Source: Escherichia coli (GTDB lineage Bacteria; Pseudomonadota; Gammaproteobacteria; Enterobacterales; Enterobacteriaceae). From it: DNA of 64,000 bases. The first letter of the stretch is position 1. The number at the start of each line of letters is the position of its first letter. The stretch lies in the NCBI RefSeq assembly GCF_003334765.1, contig NZ_QOWT01000005.1; one strand, given 5' to 3'. A model generated the notes under the pieces. The model made no database searches. It had not been told where the DNA came from and saw nothing but the letters and a program-made list of their open reading frames with translations. The position numbers and the translations under genes were made by a program. Of this stretch, positions 49,517 through 58,228 are shown piece after piece.

Positions 49517-52500
49517 ATGAAATCAATATTGTATTATTTAGAGCCACGTACAGAATTAAATGACAAATTATTTCGCTATGCAACACTACGCTCTTATCTA
49601 CTACCTGAAATTGATGGCCTTAGGATAGCTGATAAGAGCCTCGATTTTAAAATGATCGTTTCTCGTACGATTTATAATAAAGCAAAACAAAATAATTTAA
49701 AAATGGAGGGTATCGATTTTATAATTATTGATGAAGATGTATTTGAAAAGAACTCATATCTGAAGAATATTAATGTTAGTAATGAATTATATCATGGGAA
49801 TTTAAATATAAAGGCTAATGAAGAACTAAAATCAATCATATCTGCTTGCCTTCCTGTTGATTATAAACCAGATATTATTATTTCATATGAAAGCCCAGCT
49901 CCATTTTTTAAAGAGATATTTCCATCATCTTTACTTTTAAACGCTATGTTTGGAATTTTTTCAAGGGCACCATTTCCTGCATATGGTTTATTAGACCCAT
50001 GTGGTTTGTATGAATATTCATATCAATATAAATATGCTGATAAAATTCGTGCTGAGGAGATTTCAGAAGAAGAAAAGGAAGTTATAAAATTACTCAGAAG
50101 ACAAAGTTCAAGAGCACTTGCTGCTTATCATCCTCTCAAGAAATATATTTCATCATTATATGAAAAATATGATCGACTTGTTGTATTAGCATGTCAAGTG
50201 GATAACTATTTTTCTTATAATAGTTGTACCAATTATCCATCACAATATGCGATGGTGGAAGATGTTCTTTCTCAAGTTCCATCAAATATTGGTGTTATAG
50301 TTACAGAACATGGCTATAAAAGACAAATAAGTGACGAGCAAATTGAGTCTTTAAATGAAAAATACAGTAATTTTATATATTTTTCTAAAAAAGATGTATT
50401 CACACCAAGTCAATTTATTCTTCCTTATGTAGATGGTGCTTTATCAGTCTCGTCATCGATTGGTTATCAGGCTGCTTTATGGCAGATTCCATATTTTGGT
50501 CTTGGAAAATCACAAGTCGATGTACTCTGTTCAAATACATCATTAATGAGCTTCGTTAATGATGTTGAAAAAGGCATAAAGATTGATCGTGATAATATTC
50601 TTTATGTTTTACTTTCAAAAGTTCACTTATCACATAAAAATGATTTGTTTAATGGAAAATCTTATCTAAATAAGTTGAAGGATTTATTTAATAAGTTTAC
50701 CTCTAATTGCGACGAATATGAGTATTTTAACACTAAAAAAAGTATTGATGAAGTTCGAAAAGATATCATCTGTGGCAACAGAGAATGGTTACTGAAAAAA
50801 AACTTTATTGACTCAAAATTAGTTCCTGAAGTAGACCATTTACGTGTTGCAATGTCGCATTCAAAAGCGATCTCTTATGATCTTTTTGATACTCTTGTTG
50901 AACGTGATTTTGTTGAACCTCATGAATTATTTAATCTAATTGAATCCCGTGTACGTAATGAGTTAAACAATAAAAACTTCCCTTTCTATTATGTAAGACG
51001 ACAAGCCGAAATTGACTTGCGCAGAGAGACAAGAGGTGAGTTTGAAATTACTCTCGATGAAATTTACGAAAGATTTCCAAGATACTTTGATCTTACTTTA
51101 GAACAACTAGAGAAGATAAAAAATATAGAAATAGATGCTGAAGTCGAACTCGTTCATCCGAAAAAAGAAATGGTTCGTGAATTTTATTTTTCTCAAATGA
51201 TTTGTGAAAGTGTATCTATCATTACAGATATTTATCTTTCTCAGAATGTTATTGAGCGTATTTTACAAAAAGTAAAAATTAGTGGTTACAATAAATTATT
51301 GGTTTCAGCAGAAACTAAAACAAGAAAACATAACGGAACTATTTATCCTGAATATTTGAAATATATAAGAGATAATTTTGATATTAATGCAGGACAGGCT
51401 CTTCATGTCGGTGATAATAAACAAGCTGATGGTGATATGGCTAAAAAACATGGCATAAAAACATATGTATTTCAAAAAGCGATTGATAATTACAAAAAAT
51501 CTTTAATTGCTGATATTTTACGTTCCAGTATTAATCATCCAGGTATTTCGAGTTCTGTTATTAATGGTTTGTTTGCTAACAAATATCACGCAGGACACTG
51601 GTTTAAAATTAACAAGGAATCAATTTTTAATGCTGACGAATATAATTATGGCTATATGGCAATAGGGCCTCTTGTTGTTGGCTTTACTCAGTGGTTGTAT
51701 CGGCGGGTTAATAAATTAGGTATCAAAAAATTATATTTCTTATCCCGCGATGGATGGATTCTTAAAAAAACATTCGATTATTTTTATCCTGAATCATCAT
51801 CTGGCATCAAGACCGAATACCTGTACAGCTCTCGTCGAACTGCAATGGTAGCATCGTTAAGAAATATTGATGATATTATTGAAGTTGCCTCTCAAAACTT
51901 CAATGCTAGAAAGCTAAGTGACTTTTTATCTACTCGTTTTGGGCTGGATGTGGATACTGTTAAAAAATCTGTTCTTGAAAAATATAATTACAAGCATGAC
52001 ACTATTGTTTCTCCTTATTTTGAATTTGGAAAGCTGATTGGTTTTTTAAAAGATATTCATCATACAATATTGTCTAATGCAAAAAATGAACGTGAAAGCT
52101 ATATCGATTATTTACGAGAAACTGGATTTGAAAATGATTGCTTAAATGGCGGTGCTACTGTTGTTGATATTGGTTACAGTGGTTCCATGCAATATTATTT
52201 AAAAAAAATACTGCAATGCCCTTGTGTGAACGGATTTTATTTTTTAACACATCACCATAGTCGTGATTATTTTTCAAATGATCATTTTGAAGGTTTCTTG
52301 CAAAATCTTGATGATCATAAGATCGCTTATAGACATGGATTAAATGATCATGTGTTTATTTTTGAAGCAGCATTAAGTTCCCCTGAAGGAAGTCTGATTA
52401 AAATGGAAGGGAAAGGTCAAGAAAGAGAAATGATTTTTCTCGAGGCAGAAGAAGAGATTGTAAGAAAAAATGCTCTATTAGGAACACATCGTGGCGTAAT

Positions 52501-53026
52501 GGACTTTGTTCATGATATCAAAACTCGTTTTGGTTCTTACTTTAAATACATTGAATTTTCTCCTATTCTTTCTTCTCAACTTATTTTGAATTTTGCGAAT
52601 AATCCCAACGGTATAGATGCAGGGATGTTTGCTTCTCATGAAGTCGAAAATGTTTTTGGTGGGGGGTCTGTATGCTTAATTTCGCCTTTACTAGATTGCT
52701 ATAAGGACTCTAATGGCACCATTAACCCTAAAATTATCGATGAGTTATTAAAAGCATCTAAATGGAAGAGAGGTGCCAGTGCTTATTATAACTTAGTCAA
52801 TGGAACTCAACCGCGAGTTAATCCTGCTAAAATGCCAGCGCCATCTGTTAACCCAGTTGTTGTGAAGCAAACGCCACAAACTACTTATGCACATCCTTTA
52901 AAGACAACTACGCAGCGTAAACTTGCTAAGTTAAAAAAAGACCCATATTTATTCTTTAATGATTCCCAAAAACCTCTTTTAAAAAGTTTACGATTGTTCT
53001 TCAAAAATACATCAAAGCTTAATTAA
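49517..53026 (+). CDS. serotype-specific region 2 multi-domain protein, putative capsule polymerase (1169 aa): N-terminal KpsC/KpsS-like domain, central HAD-phosphatase domain, C-terminal domain of unknown fold
   Basis: Strong AAGGAG SD. About 30% GC by eye. HAD motifs ISYDLFDTLVERD (D455) and HVGDNKQADGDMA (D633). N-terminal VIVTEHGY...SVSSSIGYQAALW parallels the KpsC/KpsS motifs in this window. Confidence 0.7.
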   Translation: MKSILYYLEPRTELNDKLFRYATLRSYLLPEIDGLRIADKSLDFKMIVSRTIYNKAKQNNLKMEGIDFIIIDEDVFEKNSYLKNINVSNELYHGNLNIKANEELKSIISACLPVDYKPDIIISYESPAPFFKEIFPSSLLLNAMFGIFSRAPFPAYGLLDPCGLYEYSYQYKYADKIRAEEISEEEKEVIKLLRRQSSRALAAYHPLKKYISSLYEKYDRLVVLACQVDNYFSYNSCTNYPSQYAMVEDVLSQVPSNIGVIVTEHGYKRQISDEQIESLNEKYSNFIYFSKKDVFTPSQFILPYVDGALSVSSSIGYQAALWQIPYFGLGKSQVDVLCSNTSLMSFVNDVEKGIKIDRDNILYVLLSKVHLSHKNDLFNGKSYLNKLKDLFNKFTSNCDEYEYFNTKKSIDEVRKDIICGNREWLLKKNFIDSKLVPEVDHLRVAMSHSKAISYDLFDTLVERDFVEPHELFNLIESRVRNELNNKNFPFYYVRRQAEIDLRRETRGEFEITLDEIYERFPRYFDLTLEQLEKIKNIEIDAEVELVHPKKEMVREFYFSQMICESVSIITDIYLSQNVIERILQKVKISGYNKLLVSAETKTRKHNGTIYPEYLKYIRDNFDINAGQALHVGDNKQADGDMAKKHGIKTYVFQKAIDNYKKSLIADILRSSINHPGISSSVINGLFANKYHAGHWFKINKESIFNADEYNYGYMAIGPLVVGFTQWLYRRVNKLGIKKLYFLSRDGWILKKTFDYFYPESSSGIKTEYLYSSRRTAMVASLRNIDDIIEVASQNFNARKLSDFLSTRFGLDVDTVKKSVLEKYNYKHDTIVSPYFEFGKLIGFLKDIHHTILSNAKNERESYIDYLRETGFENDCLNGGATVVDIGYSGSMQYYLKKILQCPCVNGFYFLTHHHSRDYFSNDHFEGFLQNLDDHKIAYRHGLNDHVFIFEAALSSPEGSLIKMEGKGQEREMIFLEAEEEIVRKNALLGTHRGVMDFVHDIKTRFGSYFKYIEFSPILSSQLILNFANNPNGIDAGMFASHEVENVFGGGSVCLISPLLDCYKDSNGTINPKIIDELLKASKWKRGASAYYNLVNGTQPRVNPAKMPAPSVNPVVVKQTPQTTYAHPLKTTTQRKLAKLKKDPYLFFNDSQKPLLKSLRLFFKNTSKLN

Positions 53027-53034
53027 TATAATGT

Positions 53035-53062
53035 GAGTCGCACTATGGTGTGACTCTTTTTT
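53035..53062 (+). terminator. rho-independent terminator-like hairpin between the two region 2 genes
   Basis: gagtcgcac-tatg-gtgtgactc followed by tttttt, 9 nt after the stop at 53026. Confidence 0.6.
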
Positions 53063-53144
53063 ATATGTCAGTGATAGTTATTAATGAAATATTTAATGCG
53101 CGAAGGTGTACGATTTTTACAATATTTAGAGACTGGTGGGTCAA

Positions 53145-54134
53145 ATGAGTATTTCTTTGAAAAATATTGATTTTGCTAAAGGTCCTGTTGATTCCCTCCA
53201 TCATGATTATTACTTATGGCGAGGGAAGAACATTGAGGATAAAAGACTTTTTCTCGTTTTCTCATCTCGGGGAGCAGGTCCTGGAGAATTTAGTTTTTTC
53301 AAAACTTTTGATGCGCTTAATGTAAATGTTTTGCATGTTACACCCTCTGATTTTTCATGGTACCAAAAAGGGTTAGTCGGTTTAGGGAGTGATTTGCCTT
53401 CTGCATTTAAAGCCCTATCTGACCGAATAGATAATTTCTGTATTTATCATAAAATAAAACAAATTATCTGTGTAGGGGCTTCCATGGGAGGATATGGTGC
53501 TTTAATTTATGGGGCTTTATCTAGTAGAAAAATAAAAACAACACTTATTCTTTTTGGCACCGAAACAATATTAAAACTTCCTTATTCTAAAAGTTCTGAG
53601 AGTGAATTTGATATTCTCAAAAAATTTAAAGATGTAAGGTTTCTAGATTATTCTGATCTTGATGTGAATATGATATTTGGTGAGTTTGATATTGTAGATA
53701 CTTATTGTGCTTTATCGATGCGACATGATCGAAATTTTTCATTTTTTTCATGCACTAGCGCCTCACATGTTGTTCCGGAATACTTAAATAGACAAATTGG
53801 AATTGTTAATTTTTTTACAGACTTCTTATCGGGTGGAAGATCTTTTATTGGAAGAGGCCACATTGCTTCTGAGCTTTATCCTGAGGATATTTCTCCTCTT
53901 CTGTTCTCGAAACAATTTACTGAGGAATACAATAATGCCCTCCTCTGTTGCTTGAAAAAATATCCTTCATTTGGGTTTGCATGGAATAGATTAGGCGTAT
54001 ATTTACACAATATAGGAGATCTGGCTGGGTCTTTAGCAGCATTAAAAAGAGCATTTTTCATCAACCCTGATTATCCAAATACAATTGAGCATCTTAACTC
54101 GGTAAGAAATAAACTAAAAACTAAAAACTTTTAG
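53145..54134 (+). CDS. region 2 alpha/beta-hydrolase-fold protein with C-terminal TPR-like repeat (329 aa from ATG 53145; GTG alternative 53136)
   Basis: Nucleophile elbow GASMGGYG, followed in order by a candidate Asp (GEFDIVD) and His (SASHVVPE). The C-terminal AWNRLGVYLHNIGDLAGSLAALKRAFFINPDYPN is TPR-like. Confidence 0.65.
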   Translation: MSISLKNIDFAKGPVDSLHHDYYLWRGKNIEDKRLFLVFSSRGAGPGEFSFFKTFDALNVNVLHVTPSDFSWYQKGLVGLGSDLPSAFKALSDRIDNFCIYHKIKQIICVGASMGGYGALIYGALSSRKIKTTLILFGTETILKLPYSKSSESEFDILKKFKDVRFLDYSDLDVNMIFGEFDIVDTYCALSMRHDRNFSFFSCTSASHVVPEYLNRQIGIVNFFTDFLSGGRSFIGRGHIASELYPEDISPLLFSKQFTEEYNNALLCCLKKYPSFGFAWNRLGVYLHNIGDLAGSLAALKRAFFINPDYPNTIEHLNSVRNKLKTKNF

Positions 54135-54211
54135 TTTTTATGTATACTTGTGTGAGGAATGAATAGCAATATATCTCAATATCTAAGAGCTGGTTTTTAT
54201 ATCGTTCATAG

Positions 54212-55420
54212 TTATAATTTTTTTACTTTTATTTGTTTTCTTACTCTATCCCCATAATAAACCCCATTAACCTGCGTCTTCACCAATAAATACCCCCGAA
54301 ACTTCTTAAACAGTTTCATATCCGGTTTAAAATCGGCCTGCCAGAACTGGTGCAAATGCCCTTGATACGTCAAGCCTTTGATGTCGTACAGGGCATTGCC
54401 CATCACTTTGAGTGGTTTGTTGTGAATCAGCGCAGATATCCCCGCCGTACTGTTAATTGTCACCACCGCTTTTGCGTGGCGTAACAATTCCGGCATCGGG
54501 AGATCGTGCACATAAATGACTCGTTCCCCTAAGCCATATTCCTTACTCAACCGCTTAATTAATGGTCGATAGAGTCTGTGACCACGATCCATTGGATGGT
54601 GCTTGATCACCAAATAACTTTCTTTCGGTGCTTTACGTGAAAATGAGTACATGACTTCATTAATATAGTCACGCACATCGTTATAATTGCTGTGGTTACG
54701 AATCTGGCTATCGTTATACACCTGCAAAACGGCAAGATAATAACGCTGATCCAGCTCATTCATTAACCTCGGCAATACCTTACGCTGTGTTACCTTGTAA
54801 AGTTGCTTGCGCCAGTATGCACGAACCCAGCAACGTGCTTCATACCAGGGGGAAAACGATTTATGGTGGCGGTAGCGAGGGAACTCATGGCGGTAATGCC
54901 AGCCCATCAGGTAATACCACATCGCATGACCTATACGTTTCATCGTTGAAGGTTTTAAGTTCTCAACGTGCGGCGCAGGCATATCTGGTAACTTACGATA
55001 AAAATCCGGATCGCGCGGTAGCGATGAATATGCGTTTACTCCGCCTTCTTCAACGGTTATAAATTGCGGGCGTAAATATCCTTCTTCAAATGCCAGAAAG
55101 CGGAGCCCTTTCGACTTTGCCCAGCGTTTTGCTTCTTTATGCAATGGGCGACAGTCACCAAAACAGAGGATGGTATCAAAGTCATATTGCCGGTGGAGAT
55201 CCCGTAACCATCCGGGGAACTCTTTCGGCGTTTGGTAGTAGGCCAGGTATTGTCGATGGCGGCAGTAAAAACGATCCCCACCGTTGAATACAACATTCAC
55301 AGCGTTACGTCCTAATGACTCTAACCATTCGGCGACGTCATTGAAAAAAGGTCCCATCGGCCCCTGCAATAGCAGATATTTTTTACCGGATAATAAAACG
55401 GTTAGTGCATTACCTTGCAT
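54212..55420 (-). CDS. kpsS: capsule beta-Kdo linker transferase KpsS (402 aa)
   Basis: MQGNALTVLLSGKKYLLLQGPMGPFF... and VIKHHPMDRG are recognised as KpsS. Confidence 0.92.
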   Translation of the reverse strand: MQGNALTVLLSGKKYLLLQGPMGPFFNDVAEWLESLGRNAVNVVFNGGDRFYCRHRQYLAYYQTPKEFPGWLRDLHRQYDFDTILCFGDCRPLHKEAKRWAKSKGLRFLAFEEGYLRPQFITVEEGGVNAYSSLPRDPDFYRKLPDMPAPHVENLKPSTMKRIGHAMWYYLMGWHYRHEFPRYRHHKSFSPWYEARCWVRAYWRKQLYKVTQRKVLPRLMNELDQRYYLAVLQVYNDSQIRNHSNYNDVRDYINEVMYSFSRKAPKESYLVIKHHPMDRGHRLYRPLIKRLSKEYGLGERVIYVHDLPMPELLRHAKAVVTINSTAGISALIHNKPLKVMGNALYDIKGLTYQGHLHQFWQADFKPDMKLFKKFRGYLLVKTQVNGVYYGDRVRKQIKVKKL

Positions 55421-55454
55421 AAATAATTTGCGTAATAGTCAACTATGAAATTGT

Positions 55455-57482
55455 TTAGCCAAATCTGACCTTGCAGAACATAATTAATTTGCGGTAATAG
55501 CGTATTACCCGTCCCGCTTTTTTTCGGGTAATAAACATCGGCTTACGCGGCGTCTGGATTAAATATTCCGCAGCTTCCTCAACCGTAATAGGCTGTAGCC
55601 GTGTTGGGTGAATATATGTTGGGTAAACAATCAACGCCTGATAGATCAAGTCTGCTATCGTTAATTTTTGCTCGCGGCGCGGGCAATGATGTTCATCAAC
55701 GGTTAAACCCCAACCGGCATAGAAGGGCAGGCCGTAACAATGAACTTGCTTGCCATGTAATAACGCTTCAAACCCGGACAATGATGTCATGGTGTGCACT
55801 TCATCTGCGCGCTGAATGCATTGAATAATATCGGCGCCCAGTGCCTGATAATCAGCGAGTTCAGCAGTCAGTTCTGCCGGAATATCGCCCTTGCGATTCC
55901 CCACCAGTACATCCGGGTGCGGTTTATAAACAATGTAGGCGTGCGAATTGCGCTCGCGTACTGTGCGTAATAACTCAAGGTTGCTCTTAATCGAGACAGT
56001 GCCTGTTTTAATGGAGGCATCGTCCTCTACCTGACCCGGCACCAGGATAACTTTTTTATCTTTGGCTTCGGCTGGTAGAGAGAAATCGGCTCCCAGGTTG
56101 TACTTACTCAGTTTGCTTTCAACCAGTCGCTGGCGTAATTTTTCAGCTCGCATCTTCTGCGCCAGCGTTAGCTGGCTATGATTCAGCAGCACTTCCAGAT
56201 CGCTGGGGCGTGTGGCGTCATAGTAAATACCGCGTTTATCCAGCACCAGCGATAGCGGCGGCAGCAGGTCAGAGCCAAGTCCGGATGAACGCAGAAAACC
56301 ATCTTCCATTCGCCATAACGGCAGTGATTTTCGCTGCGCTTCGGCTCGCCATTGCTGTTCTCCCTTTACACCCCATACCACGCAGGCGCTCGCCGCAGTA
56401 CAGCGACGTGAAAAACTCAGCCGGTTTGTTGCCGTTTGCAAGAAAGGTTTCAGGATCGCTGACTTCCACAGCGTTAAGCCTGGCGCCCATAAATAACCAT
56501 CACGCTGTTGCAGATGTCGACGTTGTAATTGCAGCCATTGCAGCACGGTAAATAGATCGCTTACTTCTCCCGTTTGCGGATCGATATAGCGACAGTAACG
56601 CAGGTATGCAGCGGCAAAAAGTTCCTCCAGCGTGGCAGAACCGCGTCGGGCAGATAACAAAGCGGACTGTGGATGACGATCGTCGGTTAAACCCCAACCT
56701 GCATACCAAGGCTGGCCGAAACATGTTACTGGTTTTCCTGCCAGCAAGGCTTCAAAGCCGTACTGGGAGGTCACGACGTAAACCTGGGAAACGTGTCGCA
56801 ATAGCGACTGCGGGCTGACATTCTCGGCAATCAAACGTACTCGTTGCGTGGCACGCAGATCAGCGAAATAACCTGTTTTCTTTCCTTCCAGTACATCTGG
56901 GTGCACCTTCACCCAAATTTCGGCTTGAGGATTTTCCGCCATCGCGGCTTCCAGCATGGCAGCAAACTCATGCGGGCCAGCATTGCCATACGTCACTGAC
57001 ATATCATTAAATGTCTGATCGACAACCAGAACGATGTCTGCACGTTCTGACTCATCAGCCACAAACGCAGGTGCCAGGTTATATTTCGACAAATCTCCGG
57101 TCACGATGGTGTGCATCGCTTCTCTGGCCTGGCTTATCAGAGCTGTATTTCCGGCTTTATCCTGTACCAGTTTCTCCAGTGCTGAAGGCTTGCTGGCATC
57201 GTAGTAAATGCCACAATCATCCACCACCAGAGAAAGCGGCGGCTCGCCATTGACGCCAAGATCCAGCGAACGCACAAATCCATCTTCCAGACGAATGACG
57301 GGTTTTCCCGCTGCTTTGGCGATGGCGACTGGTTTCGCCGCGCTGGGACGATGTCCCCACACGGCGATAGCATCAACTTCTTGCGGAACAGGGCGCAGCA
57401 GAGAAAGTTTCTGGCACGGTTGCGCCAGAAATTTCTCCAGATGCGGAATACGCCAGATGCCAGGCGAGTAAATGCCAATCAT
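55455..57482 (-). CDS. kpsC: capsule beta-Kdo linker transferase KpsC, duplicated domains (675 aa)
   Basis: Two repeats, each with (V/Y)K(V/P)HPDV ... TS(Q/L)(Y/S)GFEALL ... YAGWGLT. Confidence 0.93.
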   Translation of the reverse strand: MIGIYSPGIWRIPHLEKFLAQPCQKLSLLRPVPQEVDAIAVWGHRPSAAKPVAIAKAAGKPVIRLEDGFVRSLDLGVNGEPPLSLVVDDCGIYYDASKPSALEKLVQDKAGNTALISQAREAMHTIVTGDLSKYNLAPAFVADESERADIVLVVDQTFNDMSVTYGNAGPHEFAAMLEAAMAENPQAEIWVKVHPDVLEGKKTGYFADLRATQRVRLIAENVSPQSLLRHVSQVYVVTSQYGFEALLAGKPVTCFGQPWYAGWGLTDDRHPQSALLSARRGSATLEELFAAAYLRYCRYIDPQTGEVSDLFTVLQWLQLQRRHLQQRDGYLWAPGLTLWKSAILKPFLQTATNRLSFSRRCTAASACVVWGVKGEQQWRAEAQRKSLPLWRMEDGFLRSSGLGSDLLPPLSLVLDKRGIYYDATRPSDLEVLLNHSQLTLAQKMRAEKLRQRLVESKLSKYNLGADFSLPAEAKDKKVILVPGQVEDDASIKTGTVSIKSNLELLRTVRERNSHAYIVYKPHPDVLVGNRKGDIPAELTAELADYQALGADIIQCIQRADEVHTMTSLSGFEALLHGKQVHCYGLPFYAGWGLTVDEHHCPRREQKLTIADLIYQALIVYPTYIHPTRLQPITVEEAAEYLIQTPRKPMFITRKKAGRVIRYYRKLIMFCKVRFG

Positions 57483-58219
57483 GCGTTTTCAGCCAGTTCC
57501 TGTGCCATCAGGGCGCGCACTTTTTCCAGGCATGCTGGGGTGTCGACGCCCGGACCGGTTGCGGCAACCTCAAATGTGCGGATGTTGATCCCTGCGCTCA
57601 TCAACCGCAGCTGCTCCAGTGATTCTGCCTGCTCTGGCATGGACTCCGGTAACTGACTGTAGTTTTGCAGCACATCGCGACGATAAGCGTAAATACCAAC
57701 GTGTTTCAGGTAGCGCGCTTTTTCAGCATTACGCGGATAGGGAATCGGCGAACGGCTGAAATAAAGCGCATCCTGGCGGGTATTTACCACCACTTTTACC
57801 GTGCTTGGCTCGGTCGCTTCTTCGGCAGAAATCGCGTGGCATAGCGTTGCCACTGGCAACGCGGGATCATCACGCATTCCTTGTAACAGCGTTTCTACAT
57901 CCCGCGGGCGAATCATTGGTTCATCGCCCTGCAGGTTAATGTAGATATCTGCCTCGACTTTATGCATCACCTCGACCAGCCGATCGGTGCCGGATTCATG
58001 ATCGTTGCGCGTCATGATGGCTTTCCCGCCAAACGCCTGCACGGCCTTTTCAACACGCGGGTCGTCTGTTGCCACCCAAACTTCCGCAACGCCCGCCACC
58101 TGTAACGCACGCTCGTAAACATGCTGGATCATCGGTTTACCAACAATATCGAGCAGTGGCTTACCCGGCAGGCGCGAGGAGCCATAGCGAGCCGGAATGA
58201 CAATAACTGCTTTGCTCAT
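57479..58219 (-). CDS. kpsU: CMP-Kdo synthetase, capsule-specific (246 aa)
   Basis: [22 protein letters not shown] is KdsB-like. ATGA overlap with kpsC. Confidence 0.95.
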   Translation of the reverse strand: MSKAVIVIPARYGSSRLPGKPLLDIVGKPMIQHVYERALQVAGVAEVWVATDDPRVEKAVQAFGGKAIMTRNDHESGTDRLVEVMHKVEADIYINLQGDEPMIRPRDVETLLQGMRDDPALPVATLCHAISAEEATEPSTVKVVVNTRQDALYFSRSPIPYPRNAEKARYLKHVGIYAYRRDVLQNYSQLPESMPEQAESLEQLRLMSAGINIRTFEVAATGPGVDTPACLEKVRALMAQELAENA

Positions 58220-58228
58220 TTCAACTCC

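Noticed and set aside
54868-54875. Second GGCGGTAG (ops-like) 8-mer, + strand, inside kpsS antisense
   Set aside because: About two chance occurrences of any 8-mer are expected in 128 kb of two-strand sequence. It lies within a coding region and has no JUMPstart context.
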